Source: Camelus dromedarius (lineage: Eukaryota). Taken from it: a stretch of 64,000 nt of DNA. Below the pieces are notes generated by a model that ran no database searches, had not been told where the DNA came from, and saw nothing but the letters and a program-made list of their open reading frames with translations. The stretch is from assembly GCF_036321535.1 (NCBI RefSeq), contig NC_087437.1, positions 106,456,001 to 106,520,000 on the forward strand. Reading direction: 5' to 3'. The first letter of the stretch is position 1, and every line of letters starts with the position of its first letter. Position numbers and translations under genes: made by a program. This document shows positions 1 through 12,804 of the stretch, in pieces.

Positions 1-126
1 CACCTCGCAGCAGGCACAGCTTAAGGTGAGTTGATATTATTACATGTAAATTAGCCATGTTTTCAACGTAACATATTTTTCAATTTGTTTCATAAAGAAC
101 GTGATTAAAACAAAACAGGATTTGGT

Positions 127-246
127 GGGGAGGGTATAGCTCAGTGGCAGAGCACATGCTTAGCATTCATGAGGTCCTGGGTTCAATCTCCAGTACCTCT
201 TTTAAAATAAAAATAAATTAAAAAACTTTATTACCCTCCCCTCCCC
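127..246 (+). mobile_element. tRNA-Ala-derived SINE (camelid Vic-1-like)
   Basis: GGGGAGGGTATAGCTCAGTGG (A box) ... GGTTCAATCTCC (B box), then an AT-rich tract and TTACCCTCCC tail. Near-perfect TSD aaaacaggatttg / aaaacagggtttg. Confidence 0.85.
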
Positions 247-696
247 AAAACAGGGTTTGTAGCACAATGTAGTGAAAAGAGCATTGTTCTAGGAGCAAGA
301 AAGGCTTGGGTTCCAAACGCCTCTTTGTGTTCCTTACATTCCTTTTTTTCTAGAGTGGGAAGCCGAACCCTTAAACCTTTATTACATTACCTGTCATTCA
401 TGGGACCAGCTGAAATGATCATGATGGTTCACTTTGGTTTTAAGTGCCTCCGGCCCCATGAATTAAGTTTGTAAGAAATGTTAGGATCAAAGTTTTAATA
501 ATCTGGCATTTAATACAAAAATAATCATCTTTACTAAGGAACATTTGAAGAGATTTTAATTTACAACACCATGGTTACAGGACTACCCTAAACACAGAGT
601 GACCAAACCACCAAGAAAGGTATAGGTCTAGCTTCATTGGTGCTTACAAAATCTTAGTTACTCACTTTCCTGAATCTCTCCACGGGGGCATGTTCA

Positions 697-927
<231 letters not shown>

Positions 928-3464
928 TCATTTCCAAGAAAAGCCCTTTTTTTTCCGTTTATTCCAGAACAAAGAATTTAGTAAAGCAGCACACACAGAA
1001 GATGTTAATGCTGTTCAGGAGAACATAAGACATTTCGCAGCACAGTAGGGATATCTTTCACCCCTTTCGAAGAGAGGGTGAAGGAAAATCTTGAACACAG
1101 TCCATTTTGTGACTACAGTATTATATTTAAAATTCTCTGCAAAACAAGCTTGCACAGCACAAAAACAGTCGGTGTTTCATATAGACATGTTGTATCAAAT
1201 CCCTCTGCTTTGATGGATTGTTAATAATCTTGAAAGTAAATGGTGGTATCAAGATCACATCTTAAGATTCCTGCAAAAATCAAAGAAATCTGGAAATCAG
1301 CCTGTTGCAGAATAACTGCACCTCAGAGTAAAGATAAATCCTACACTACATATTTTAGATACCTGGTGAGAAAGTAGTTGAAACACTATTAAAAAACTCA
1401 TAAATGTCAATAAATTCATTCTTGGAATCACAAAAGGACCTTTCTGCCTTCACAAATTTGGTAACAGTCAACCAATTCATTATACTAGATGTCAAAAAGA
1501 AAGTGATTCCTATTTTAAATTCCACGAATATTGCTGAACAATATTACTGAGCTGCAACATATACTGCTATATTATGTGGAAAAATAAACACTCATAAAAT
1601 TGAAGAGTGTACTATAAAGCTAAAATGTCTTAAACGCATGAGCCGAGTAAATTAGAATGCCTATACCAGCAGATTTTACAAAAGATCAGTAATGACTACT
1701 GAGAATTCAGAGCATTTATGAGCTTATTTAAATAAGGCTAATGTGAAAAGAAAAGATTTTGATTTAAATAAGAAAGTATGTTCAACCAAAAAAATGAAAT
1801 TAGGTGTTTTCACTACGTTCTCAGGTCCAATCAATTTAAGCGTTTTATTCAAAAGGTAATTCAACTATCACCAATGTTTTAAGTATTCTTCTTCACTAAT
1901 CTTAGCTAATTACTTGACTATTATATTTGAGATATAATATCCCAAAAAGAACTTACATGAGAAGAATTAATTGCTAGCTCATTTTGAAACTAAATAGTAA
2001 GATAAATGTCTTTTATACATGTTTCAAGAAAATATCTGCAGTGTTCCCCATCTAAAGGCTCCAAGACTTGAACACAAACAAGAAGACTTTCTTGTTACAT
2101 AGTAATGAATTTAATCTTAAAGAGAAATATTCATTCTGATTTCTTCCCTTCTACTTCAATCATTCTTTGATAATTATTTAAAAAAAAATAAAAGCAGTTT
2201 AGCTTTATTAGTCAATCCAGATATTGCTCTGAAGCGGAAGGAAGAGGGCAAGGCATATTCCTGGATTTGTTTTTTCAAAACACCAGGGGGTTTTGAGTCA
2301 GCGGATGTGGGATGGGCACAGGACAGACATATTGAAAGACATCTGCCCGGGGCGTCTGTGTAACAGACAAGGGAGTGTATATTTCACCAGCACAAGGAAG
2401 AAAGAACGATGGAGCTTGAGCTGTGTAATCAGGCACACGTTGACTTCAATCTTGCCTTGATTTCAGTCTTTCTCAGACTAGCTTTGACCCAGAGCAAGTA
2501 ACTTAAGCATTCTGTGTTCCCATTAATTCATCTATCAAGTGGGGTGATAACGTGCCAATATACTAGGAGTGCTGGGAAAATGAGATGCCACATCATGTGC
2601 TCGTCATCCTGCAGAAAGGGTGGCACACGGCACTTCATTCATTTTAGGACCCTTCCCTCCTCCTTTGCTCATTATTATGTCCTAGTTCAGGTCTTCGAGC
2701 TTATGCTAACCATAGGAAAAACCAGCTACTTTTATTTCACATCCACTGAAAATGAATCACGCACAGGACCATGCAGTACCATGGATAGGAAATGTGATAT
2801 TAATTTTTCTAAGAAATCTTCAGTATGAACCACATAAAAGGCTGAGATCATTGAAAATGTGTCCTTCATTTTTAAGACTAAAAAAAAATTTTCAATTAAA
2901 ATTTTTGTTTGTTAAAAAAGGTAAATTTTTTTGCATAAACTCCATCAATATGCATGTTTTTAAATTAATCATTTCCCAACTTGAAATGGAGGTGATATTT
3001 ACCATTTTAAATTTGTTTCCCATGATTTTAATTATTTTCTCATCTTTACAGGTAGAGCTCATGGGAGAACTAGTTAAGTCCTTTTGGCACAGTACAATCT
3101 GGCAGGATGACATAATTAGGTAAACCATATTTCACATTTTGAACAAACGAAAATGTATAAATTTGGGGGGCTATATTCACTGATCAAGATAGCCGTCCAC
3201 TGTAAGTTGTTATAACCATAGCATGGTGCCCTCTTTGGAAAACTGAAAATGTGAAAGTTTTTATACATGTAGGAAGGTTCTCCAACTCAAGATTTTCTCC
3301 AGTTCTTACGATTTGCAAATCTACTGTTTTATGGAAACAGAAAAATCTGAGTCACTATAATCTCATTAGTTTAAGTTGAAATGTAGCTTTGAATTATTAA
3401 GAATAAAAGAATAATAAAAGAAATGAGCATGCAAGGTATATTTAACAGGATTAAGAATATTTTA

Positions 3465-3717
3465 CCCAGGATGGAAAGGGGGTGGGAAGGGGATAAATTG
3501 GGAGTTTGAGAGTTGCAGATACTGACTACTATATAAAAAATTGATAAACAACAAGTTTTTTCCATATAGCACAGGGAACTATATTCAATATCCTACAGTA
3601 ACCTATAATGAAAAAAATGAAAACGAATATATGTATGTATGTGTATGATTAAAACATTATGCTGTACACGAGAAATTGACACAACATTGTAAATTGACTA
3701 TACTTCAATTTAAAAAA
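3465..3717 (+). mobile_element. 5'-truncated L1 3' UTR (artiodactyl/camelid type)
   Basis: gggaaggggataaattgggag...tatagcacagggaactatattcaatatc...tatacttcaatt plus A tail. Perfect 12-bp TSD aagaatatttta (3453-3464 / 3718-3729). Confidence 0.9.
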
Positions 3718-4184
3718 AAGAATATTTTAAGTATTGAAACTTATTTTTTAGGAACAAAGAAATGAATACAAATCCTGTATTACAGATTTATGCCATTTAA
3801 CCAAGAAATATTTCTTAGTAAATCTTTGTTAGTGGCCTCTGAGACTTCCTTTAGTTGAGGACTTTAAGAGAAGCTGTCTCTCTCTTAATCTTTAAACTTT
3901 TTAGTCATTCATACAAATCCTCCATCTCAATTAGTGTAAGTAATTGAAAATTTCCTCTATTCATACCAATCAGAAACCAGATCACTGTCCAGTGAAGGAG
4001 CTAACAATGATGGTACATCTTGATATCTGTAAATGAATTTAGTATTTTATTATCACTGGCTCGCAGTTGGTGAGGAGAAGAGGGGAGAACCTTTTGGGAG
4101 GGGAACTTGGACAACAGACATTTATTTCTCATTGATCTAGAGACTTGGAAGTCAAGATCAAGGCTCTGGTTGATTCAGTTCTTG

Positions 4185-4254
4185 TTTTTTTAATTGAAAT
4201 ACAGCTGATTGACAATATTGTGTTAGTTTCAGGTGTACAGCAAAGTGATTGAAT

Positions 4255-4303
<49 letters not shown>

Positions 4304-4353
4304 TTTTCAGACTGTTTTCCATTATAGGTTATCACAAGATGTGGAATAGAGTT
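4185..4353 (-). mobile_element. L1 3' end fragment containing a (CA)n microsatellite
   Basis: T-run followed by aattgaaatacagctgattgacaatattgtgttagtttcaggtgtacagcaaagtgatt. Confidence 0.8.
4259..4302. repeat. (CA)22 microsatellite
   Basis: Uninterrupted CA run. Confidence 0.95.
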
Positions 4354-7300
4354 AAGGGGAGAACATTTCAAGTAGGAGTTTGTACAGACAGCTCAGCTTC
4401 TATTTCCCCAGTTTTCCTACATCCTATAGACGTGGTCATACCAGGACTGGCTGCCATTCTGTGATCAAGTCCATGGTAGGCCAGAGACCTGATAACCAGG
4501 AATGGTGGGCAGGGGCGGGAAGCCTGTACCCTAAGGCCCCTGCCCTTCAAGTGCTTCCTTTTGTGAGAGGAGCAGCTCAGGGAACGTCAGGTGTGTTCCA
4601 GTGCACACAGGACCAGGAATGTCAGGTATCTCCCAGGTCACTTAAAACACTAACCACTTAGAAAGGAGAACCAACCTGTCCTTAGGAGGGCATATTTATT
4701 TATTTAAATTTTATTTTTTTTATTGAACTGTAGTAAGCTAGAATGGAAAAGAATCTGAAAAAAAAAAAAGTGTTACAGGAAGGTTTATCTTAGTTGTGTT
4801 TTTGAAACTACCACCGATCAGTTACCCTGTTCGGAGACCTCTGCGGTGCCTTAGAAACAGAGATACAGGCTCCAGTTTCCAGGTTGGCCAAATCAGAATA
4901 GCCTCCATTCATTAGGGCCCTCTGCACCAAGCACTTTACAGGTGTTCTCATTTAACAGGTGGGAGAAGAAAACATTACCCTATTACCTTTACTGTGCAGA
5001 AAGGAAAGCCTATCATTTGACCTACACTCCCATCCCCAGATACACACACAGAAGTCTGGATTTAGGACCCGGTCCAGCAGGCGGAGGCTATAAAGTTACT
5101 ATTTAGAGCAGTCGGGGCCAATCCACTGACATGTCTGGGGTACTGGAAAGGGTTTGGTTTGTTAAGGAACAACCTGTATCGGCAAAAGATATGCTTCCTT
5201 ATGATAACCGTCAGTCTGCTTTCTACCAAATATTTTCCTGCCTTGAATGCTATCTGGTAAATGGCTTCTAACCAGCACTCGGCAGCCGCAGGAGGGTCAT
5301 GAAAACAGGGGTCAGGAGAAAGAGCCCACACAGCTTGAATCTGAATGGTCTTTTAGCCTCCAGCCTTGGCTCAGACACGCTCATCCGCGCCTTCTGCAGG
5401 CACGCTCGCTGGGTCTGTTCATCCTCCCACAGAAAACCAGACTTAAGACTCAGGGCTAACCATCTTTAGCTCTGGGTTTGGACCTCCAGCTGCCAAATCA
5501 CTAGCAACCATCCCAGCATCACATGCATGGGCTTTTAACTTTGAAATGAACTTCAAACTGATTTTCGTAGTCTAGTCTCATAACAACAAGACATACACCT
5601 TTTAGTACTGAGAATACACCCATTCTCAGTATTAAAAGAAATACCATATAAATATAATACCAAACAAAAACACGCTACAGAAGTGCAGTTTCCAGGTACA
5701 GCACATGACTGCCTCAAGCTGAACAAACTGCTTCCAAAACCTCAGGGGCATTTCTGCACAATGAATGCTTTCGATATATAAGCCTCGTCCTTTTTTTTTT
5801 TTTTCTTTCTGGCAACCCTAGGAGGCCAGAGGTATTTGCAGAGCTGCACAGCAGCTGGGATGTAGACGCTGCTGTCTCCATTGTACTTGCTCATTTCTTT
5901 ATTCCTCCATTCGACACATCTTACAGCCCCAAGGACCTGGGAACTTGGTGTCTGGTCGAAACCGATGAGCGAAACAGACCTTTGTTCTGGTGGAATTACG
6001 TGCTAGTGAGACAAAGCACCACCACCGCACACACACAAAGACAGTAAGAAATCACATTGCTCAAATGTGATCTGTATGGTGGAGAAAAAGAAAAATCGAG
6101 CAGGGTTAAGAAGAAACAGGGTTGCCAGGGAAGTGGGGGGAGAGATGGCAGCAGGAAGTAGGTGGCCAGGCTGGGTCTCAATGAGAAGGTGACGTTTACA
6201 CGAAGAGCTGAACTGAAGCCTCACTTCCCAGTTACCTGCCGGAAGAACAGGCAGATGAAGAAATGAGCACAGAGGTCTCTGGAAAATTCCAGGAAGAGCA
6301 AGGTCTGTGACCAGAGCTGAGGAAGCGAAGGAGAGAGTAGTGAGAGAGGGAGAAAGGCAATGGGACGGATGACGAAGGGTCTTGGAGCCACGATAAGGAC
6401 TGGGAAGTTGTTTGGAGGAGAGGAAAAACGGGATGTGACATGTTGTAAAAGGATCATTCTGTCTGCTAAGGGACAAAACAGAAGGAAGGTGATCTTTTGA
6501 GAGTGAAAGATGAAGATGAGGATGGCTTGGAAAACTAGCAGGGAGGTTCTCCTGGAAGGAGCCCCCAACACCCCCACACAGAGACACGGGAAAAAGCACA
6601 GATTTGCTCCTTTCTCTCAACCACAAAATGTTGTTTCCTAAACCACAGGCAACCAGATACGAAGGGAGAAATTGTCTTCATGTGTCAGTGAAGGTTCATT
6701 TCAGTTTTGATAATGACACAGCAATGCCTGTCACAACATTTCCACGTCCCATTGTCATCTCCTCTCCTAGGACCAGCTGGAGCTCTATTTCTTGAGGGGG
6801 ATGGGGATGGTGGGGGAGGGAAGCAGATTTGCTTTCCATTTATTAACAAAGCCTGGTGCTGCACCCAATGTCCCTGCCACAACATACGCCACCATCCTTG
6901 GCAACATGACACCAATGAAACATTTTCCTTCCTGCGTCTCCCCTGAGAAAACTCAATCATTTTAAGGGACGTTACTTCAAGATAAGGTAAAGACTGCCAT
7001 TGTCTTCAGAGGCAATAGAGATGACTTTCTTGGTGCACGAAGAGGACCTCCGTATCAGTGACACCATCAAATTTAACTGCAAATGCACCAAACGCTCATT
7101 TTAGCTCTGATTCTGTAATTGTAGTACTCCCTTTCATAGTCAATACCAAAGGCAGTAAGCACGGGGCGTCAAGAGTAGAGGCATCATGAAAAATTGCCCC
7201 TATTATTTTGATATTTGTTTGCTTCCTCAATCTCTACGATAATACATAATTTTAAGGTTGGAATGGGCTCAAGATGCAAAAGGAGAAGTAACTCCACTTT

Positions 7301-8318
7301 CAAACAGTAACGAATATGACTGCCTCCCTAAATGGAGGCCCACGACTTGCATTTAGTCAGTACACTAATGTTAGATTCTAACAAGAAAATTTGGTCGGTC
7401 TCTTTTCATCTGCAAAAAAAGGCCATTTATCTCTATTGCATTGATAACAGAAGATAAGAGTAAATTAAGACCTATACAGCCATTGCCTTGTCATGGAAAA
7501 TCCTACTTTATAGACAGCTAAGAATGCTGTCACACGAAATGGCTGTGATTTATCTGAGAGGTGGCAATGAGGATAATTTATATATATGGAATATAAACCT
7601 GTAAAGAAAGATATGATGTGAAAACTTCATCTCCCAATCTGGCAGACCTTACAGACTGCCACCCCAATTTTAAAAAAAGAAAAAAGAAAAGAAAAGAAAA
7701 GAAAACTCTCTCCATGTCTCCAATTGCAAAATAATTAGAATTCCTAGTGAATTCTAAACTCAAATATTTATCAAGTTCAAGTTAGAGGAGACATTTATAC
7801 TGTGAAAATAAAGTTTGTGATCATTGTGGTACCAGACTCGACAAAAAACAACAACAACAAAAAAAACAAAGGCAAAGGCACTTCCCCCCGACATGCCCTT
7901 GTATCACACTTATTTTATAGTCAATACAGTCATTGTTGGCAGACTATCAACGCATCGTGCGGACACACGGTGATAAAAATGTAATCTATGCTGTGTTTAC
8001 TCCAGTCTAGTTAAGCTACATTTCTTTTTAATGTCTTATGGACAAGTACTGATGGGGGAATTTTGTCAAATATGTGAAATGAGCATGAACAAATGAATGC
8101 TGGTGATTTTTTTCATTAATATCTATATCCTATTTAGCACAATGCACCAAAATGCAGAAGCAACTGACTAAAAACCATCTGTGAAGTGACAGCGACGGTA
8201 ACTGGCATCTAGAATGTCTTCACTATTGGTTATTGTTTTTTGTCAATTTGTTGGAAGCTGCACTCCACTTCGTTAATGGTGGGTCATGAAGGGATGACCT
8301 GCCACAACAGATGAGCTC

Positions 8319-8366
8319 AAAAAGTCAGAATCTTCAGTATCGAAAAAGTCAGAATCTTCAGTATCG
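8319..8366. repeat. Perfect 24-bp tandem duplication (aaaaagtcagaatcttcagtatcg)x2
   Basis: Read directly from the sequence. Confidence 0.95.
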
Positions 8367-8658
8367 GCCACTTGCATAGAAATTGTAGCAGTAAAAGCCA
8401 GATGGAACTGATAACCTCTATCGTGGTCTTAAGGATAAAATCAATTTCTTTCTACTCTGGCCTTACACAGTAATCTTTCCCTACACTTGTGTATTTTATT
8501 TTACATTGTTACTTAATGTACCTACTTGAGTCTCATCACATCGATAAAACTGGAAAGTTATTGAAAGCAGGGTATTTGGTTTACTTTGCTGGTGTCCCTC
8601 GAAATATCTCGCTTAGTGCTAGCACATCCCGGGCTCAAAAGTACCAGCTTCATTTAAC

Positions 8659-8840
8659 CAGGGGCTGGCCTGCTGGTCCAACAGATAACGTTTTGTTGGA
8701 ACATGGCTGTATCCATCCATTTACCGATTGTCTGAAGGTGCTTTCACACTACAGCTGCTGGGTTAAGTACTTATCACAGAGATCTTTTGGCCTGCAAAAC
8801 CTCAACTGGCCTTTTACAGAAAAATTTTGCCAACTCTTTT
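8659..8840. mobile_element. MER58A-like hAT non-autonomous DNA transposon remnant
   Basis: ttttgttggaacatggctg...catccatttac...ggcctgcaaaacc...ggccttttacagaaaaattttgccaac. Confidence 0.65.
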
Positions 8841-9871
8841 GTTAAACTATCTACTTACACTTCTTTGGAAATAGCTAAAGAATAGAGCATATATGTAACG
8901 AAAATTTTTTACTGTTCTCAGTAAATGAGCTTTTTTTTTTAAACGCTGGTTTGCTGAGTAAATCAATTCTTTTCAATCTCAGGGTTTCACACTATGATAG
9001 CTTGGTGGAAAAAAAAAACAATAAAACAAAACATTGTTTTTATCCTGATCATTTCTGGATACCAAAGATGTGGCTTCTCATACTTGTCAATGTAACAGAT
9101 TTTATTGGCATTGATGTGACATGTAATTTAATGCACCACTGCAACTGTTAATGCTTTTAATTGTTTTTAATAATGCTTGGCAGTTTCATAAAAAACTATT
9201 TTTTATTCTATTCAAAGGCCACACAGTGAATTGTCTATGGTTTGCAAACAGCGAGCTTCGAGGCAACAATCTTAGAACGTGGTGGTGGTGGTTTGGGCCT
9301 TATTTGACGTGTTCCAATTCTTTTTATACTCTCTGGAAGTATATTAGTCTATTCTACTCTGTCTGGGCCGTTCTGATGTGAGGTGAAATCAATCTTTACC
9401 CCCTTCCCAATCCTGCATGAGGCCAGACCTACACATTTGCAGAGGCCCAAGGCCATAAACATGACCCCAAAGTGCATCTTAGACGCCAAGTGACCTGCGT
9501 AGCCAGGCTACATGGCCTCTCAACGGATGGCCCTTCTCTAGCACATGCTGGGGTTCTCTGAAACTAAGACGAAACAGACAGAGGAGGTAAACATGCACTT
9601 CCAGCCCAGGGGCTTGCTGCTTTGTTTGCTGCTTTATTCTCTAGCGGTGCTTACATTAGAGCAGAAAAACTCTCAGACCTCTAGCTAATACCGGAGTCAG
9701 AAAAGCAACAGTACCTCCTCCCTTAACTTGCAAATATTGAGCACTAGGGCTGCAGTCTAACAATTGAGCTTCATAAACAGCTGTTGAGAACTGAAGGTTC
9801 TTAACTCCTCCAGTTGATGGAGAGGATACCTGTTCATACCAGCCTGGCTATGTCTGAATCCCATGTCTAAA

Positions 9872-10082
9872 TCAGACGTTCTCAACAGGTGGTCGTTCTG
9901 TCTTCCCTGGGACTGTGGCAAAGTCCAGAGACATTTTTAGTTGCCACAGCGGGGATGGTGCTACTAGCATCTCATGGACAGAGGCCAGAGATGCTGTTTA
10001 ACGTCCTCCATGCACAGGACGGCACCGCAACAATGAATTCTCCGGCCCCAAATGTCCAGAGTGTTGAGACCGAAAGACCCTG
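9872..10082. mobile_element. MER20-like hAT-Charlie element
   Basis: ttctcaac...agagacatttttagttgccac...gctactagcatct...agaggccagagatgctg...ggccccaaatgtc. Confidence 0.8.
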
Positions 10083-12747
10083 GGTCAGATGTGGCTTGTG
10101 CCACAGCTGACTGCAGGTGAAGGCGCCAAAGGTGGGTCACTGGTCATTCTCTTTGACCAGACCTCTTGGTGCAGTCAGCCGACTAGGAATGGGCATGATG
10201 CCCTTCGTGAGATGCAGTGCCATTAAGGTGTCGGTCTGTTTGGCTTTTGAGATGGAAGCTGATGGAAAGAACACTAGAAAATATTCTTGTGTTTGAAACA
10301 TAAACTAGTCCATAAATATTTATGTAGTAATTTTACTGTTCACAATGCTTCACTGGGCTGACTGAATGTGAATCTTCTGCATTGTCCAAACCCGAATGGG
10401 CAGACACAAAATTCACCTAGAAAGCAACTCAGGTCTCATAAGATTCTTTATCCCAAATGGGAAAGGGATTCAAATCCGTAAGTTTATGAGTAAAAGGAAA
10501 ACTCTTAGCCTCAAATCTGTACTACCATCCCTGGATTCTTATCAGTGACAACAAAACCAAAAAAAAAAAAATCAAGTGTCCCTTAAAACTGCAATGTTCA
10601 GGATCAGTTTTTATGACAAAGATTTAAAATCTCAAAATGCCTAATTATAATAACAAGAAGTCTTGACAGGAAAATTATTGTATTTATAATGTCAACCATC
10701 ACACAGTTCCTCCACACGTGCAATCTTACCACCAGTTGAACTGAAGAGATTTTCTAGCTCATGTCACACTTATTATTTGACCAGACGCGACTCAGACTGA
10801 GAAACCTGTAAGACCACCCAACTTTGTGAAAGGGGAGTCTTTCGATTTGCCCCAGGTTGGGCACGGAGTCAAAGGGCAAGCGCCAGCTGTCAAATCAAAT
10901 GGGCTCGCTCACCTTCCTCAGTTTGGCTCATTTTCTCAACACCAGGCTGCTATCCACATTTGACCTCCAGATGACCGTGACTTTCTCAATTCAGATGTGC
11001 AGCTTTGCTATAAATAAGACAGCCTAGCTGCACAGGCTGTAAATAACAGGAAATTATATGCTTTCTCCCGTCCTGGCCCTGCAAACCCCGCCACTTGCTG
11101 TGGTTGAATAGTCTCTGTGGGTAGACAAGAAAACACAGCTGCCAAAATCACTTCACCCTCTTAGAAGGGAAAGGTGTCAGGATCCCAAACACACCACACA
11201 TAGATGGAGAAAATCACCGGGGAGGAGAAAATCGTATGAGATTGTCAGTGTCTGTTTGGAAGAGATGAAGACACAAGCATGTCGTGAAAATAAATTTATC
11301 AAACGATGCTGTTCATTCCTGGTAATTAATAAAAATAGAAAAAGATAATTCTCTGCTTCAAATGATATAGAATGCAACTTAAAGTAAAAATAATTATTGT
11401 TTCGATAAAAGGCTGGGGAAGACGTTTAATTCACTGATGCAAGCTATATTCATGGCATTTATGAAAAAAATGTTTTTAATATTTGTCGTCTGCTTTCCAA
11501 TATTATCTGTATTCTTAAAATGTGCTTCTGAACTTCAAATGTAATTTTTGTAACTTAGAAAACAATGTTAGAACCACATGGTTGACCATTTGGGGCAAGG
11601 AGCAAAGCCACAGTATCATTAAGACGTCAAATCTGGTCCTGCCCTGTGTGATGGCAGGGGGCAAGTCACGGAGCCCTTTAAGCCTTGTTTTCTCACATGC
11701 ACAAAGAAAATGAGGCAAATGCCCACAAAATATTCCTAAGCAAAAGAAATGATCTACGAAAAATGCTTCTTAAAATGCAACACGCCATGCAGATGTACTA
11801 TCCATCCCACAGCATAAAACCTACAGTTCTTCCCAATTCTTCTGTGTCTACCCACTAGCTATGCTTTACCTACTCTGACTTATCTTTTATAAGAAAAGAT
11901 CATTGGTGTCATCAATTGTGAGGCTAGTTTTTTTTTTCAGGATAATATCAATAAATGCTAATTTTCATTATATCTAAGCTACAACTGAAATGGTGTCTCT
12001 TCCTAACCATAGGTCTGTATCATCCCTAACCTAATGCTGGATGAATCTGTTTCTGGATATAATCTAAATTTAAAAATCAGTGTGAGTTTTTGGACACCAC
12101 ATTTTTAAACAAAGCTAGACTGACCGGCCAATCGAAATCATCACAAAACACAGACATTGTAGGTAGGTTGATATTACATTTCTTTCTAGGAAGCTCTTTC
12201 TCGACATTTTGATGAAATCAGAAGTCAGGCACTTCTAGCGTGCGGTCTTGAATTCTAAAAGTGACCGTTCACTTCCTAAAGCATTAACAGCTGTCTTGAA
12301 ACACGCATACTTGAAGCCTCTGCATACGTATTAGTTTGTAGTTAGTACAATGCATGCATATTAAATATTTTTCTGGGAAACAAGTCACTTATACACATGG
12401 ACTCTTGTTAAATTGTGGCATCTTGGGAGCTTTGGGAAATAAAATAATGATGCCAAATAAAACACAAAAGTAATGTTGTACATACAATGTTTTATAGAAC
12501 ACATTAACTAAAAAGGTAACTCGTCAGAAACAGAAGAAGCTTAGTCAAAGCTCTGAGCCCGACATTTGAAGTTATCTGGCAAAATTAGATGTAATTAGAA
12601 GCAAGGCAATGGAAATAAACATTTTATAAAAGACAGGTGTTCAAGAAACACACAACCATGCAGAGAAGGTGAGGGTGCTGGAGTCACCATCCAGCCATGC
12701 AACGTCCTCCTTCCCTCCTCCCCTCCCTCGAGTGAATTACAACATAC

Positions 12748-12804
12748 GTTTAACAGGATCTTGGGGAAGAGGTTCCTGGGTAGTCTTGAGTAAACTTTGG
12801 GACA
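12748..12804 (-). CDS. APP: APP exon 8 (57 bp), OX-2-like cassette exon (M)SQSLLKTTQEPLPQDPVK(L)
   Basis: Reverse complement TGTCCCAAAGTTTACTCAAGACTACCCAGGAACCTCTTCCCCAAGATCCTGTTAAAC. Acceptor ttttctccatag|TG, donor AAAC|gtatgt. Symmetric phase 1-1. Missing from the supplied ORF track. Confidence 0.97.

Noticed and set aside
127..200. tRNA-Ala-like sequence (also at 49000-49073, 49543-49618, 61888-61962)
   Set aside because: Stems are degenerate, and each copy has a SINE tail and TSDs. These are tRNA-derived SINEs, not tRNA genes.
6003..6626. Longest ORF in the track (207 aa) and overlapping ORFs
   Set aside because: Low-complexity Ser/Leu/Pro product from a purine-biased, probably L2-derived region; no recognisable domain.
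8319..8366. Direct repeats as a CRISPR-like array
   Set aside because: Mammalian intron, two adjacent copies, no spacers and no cas genes.
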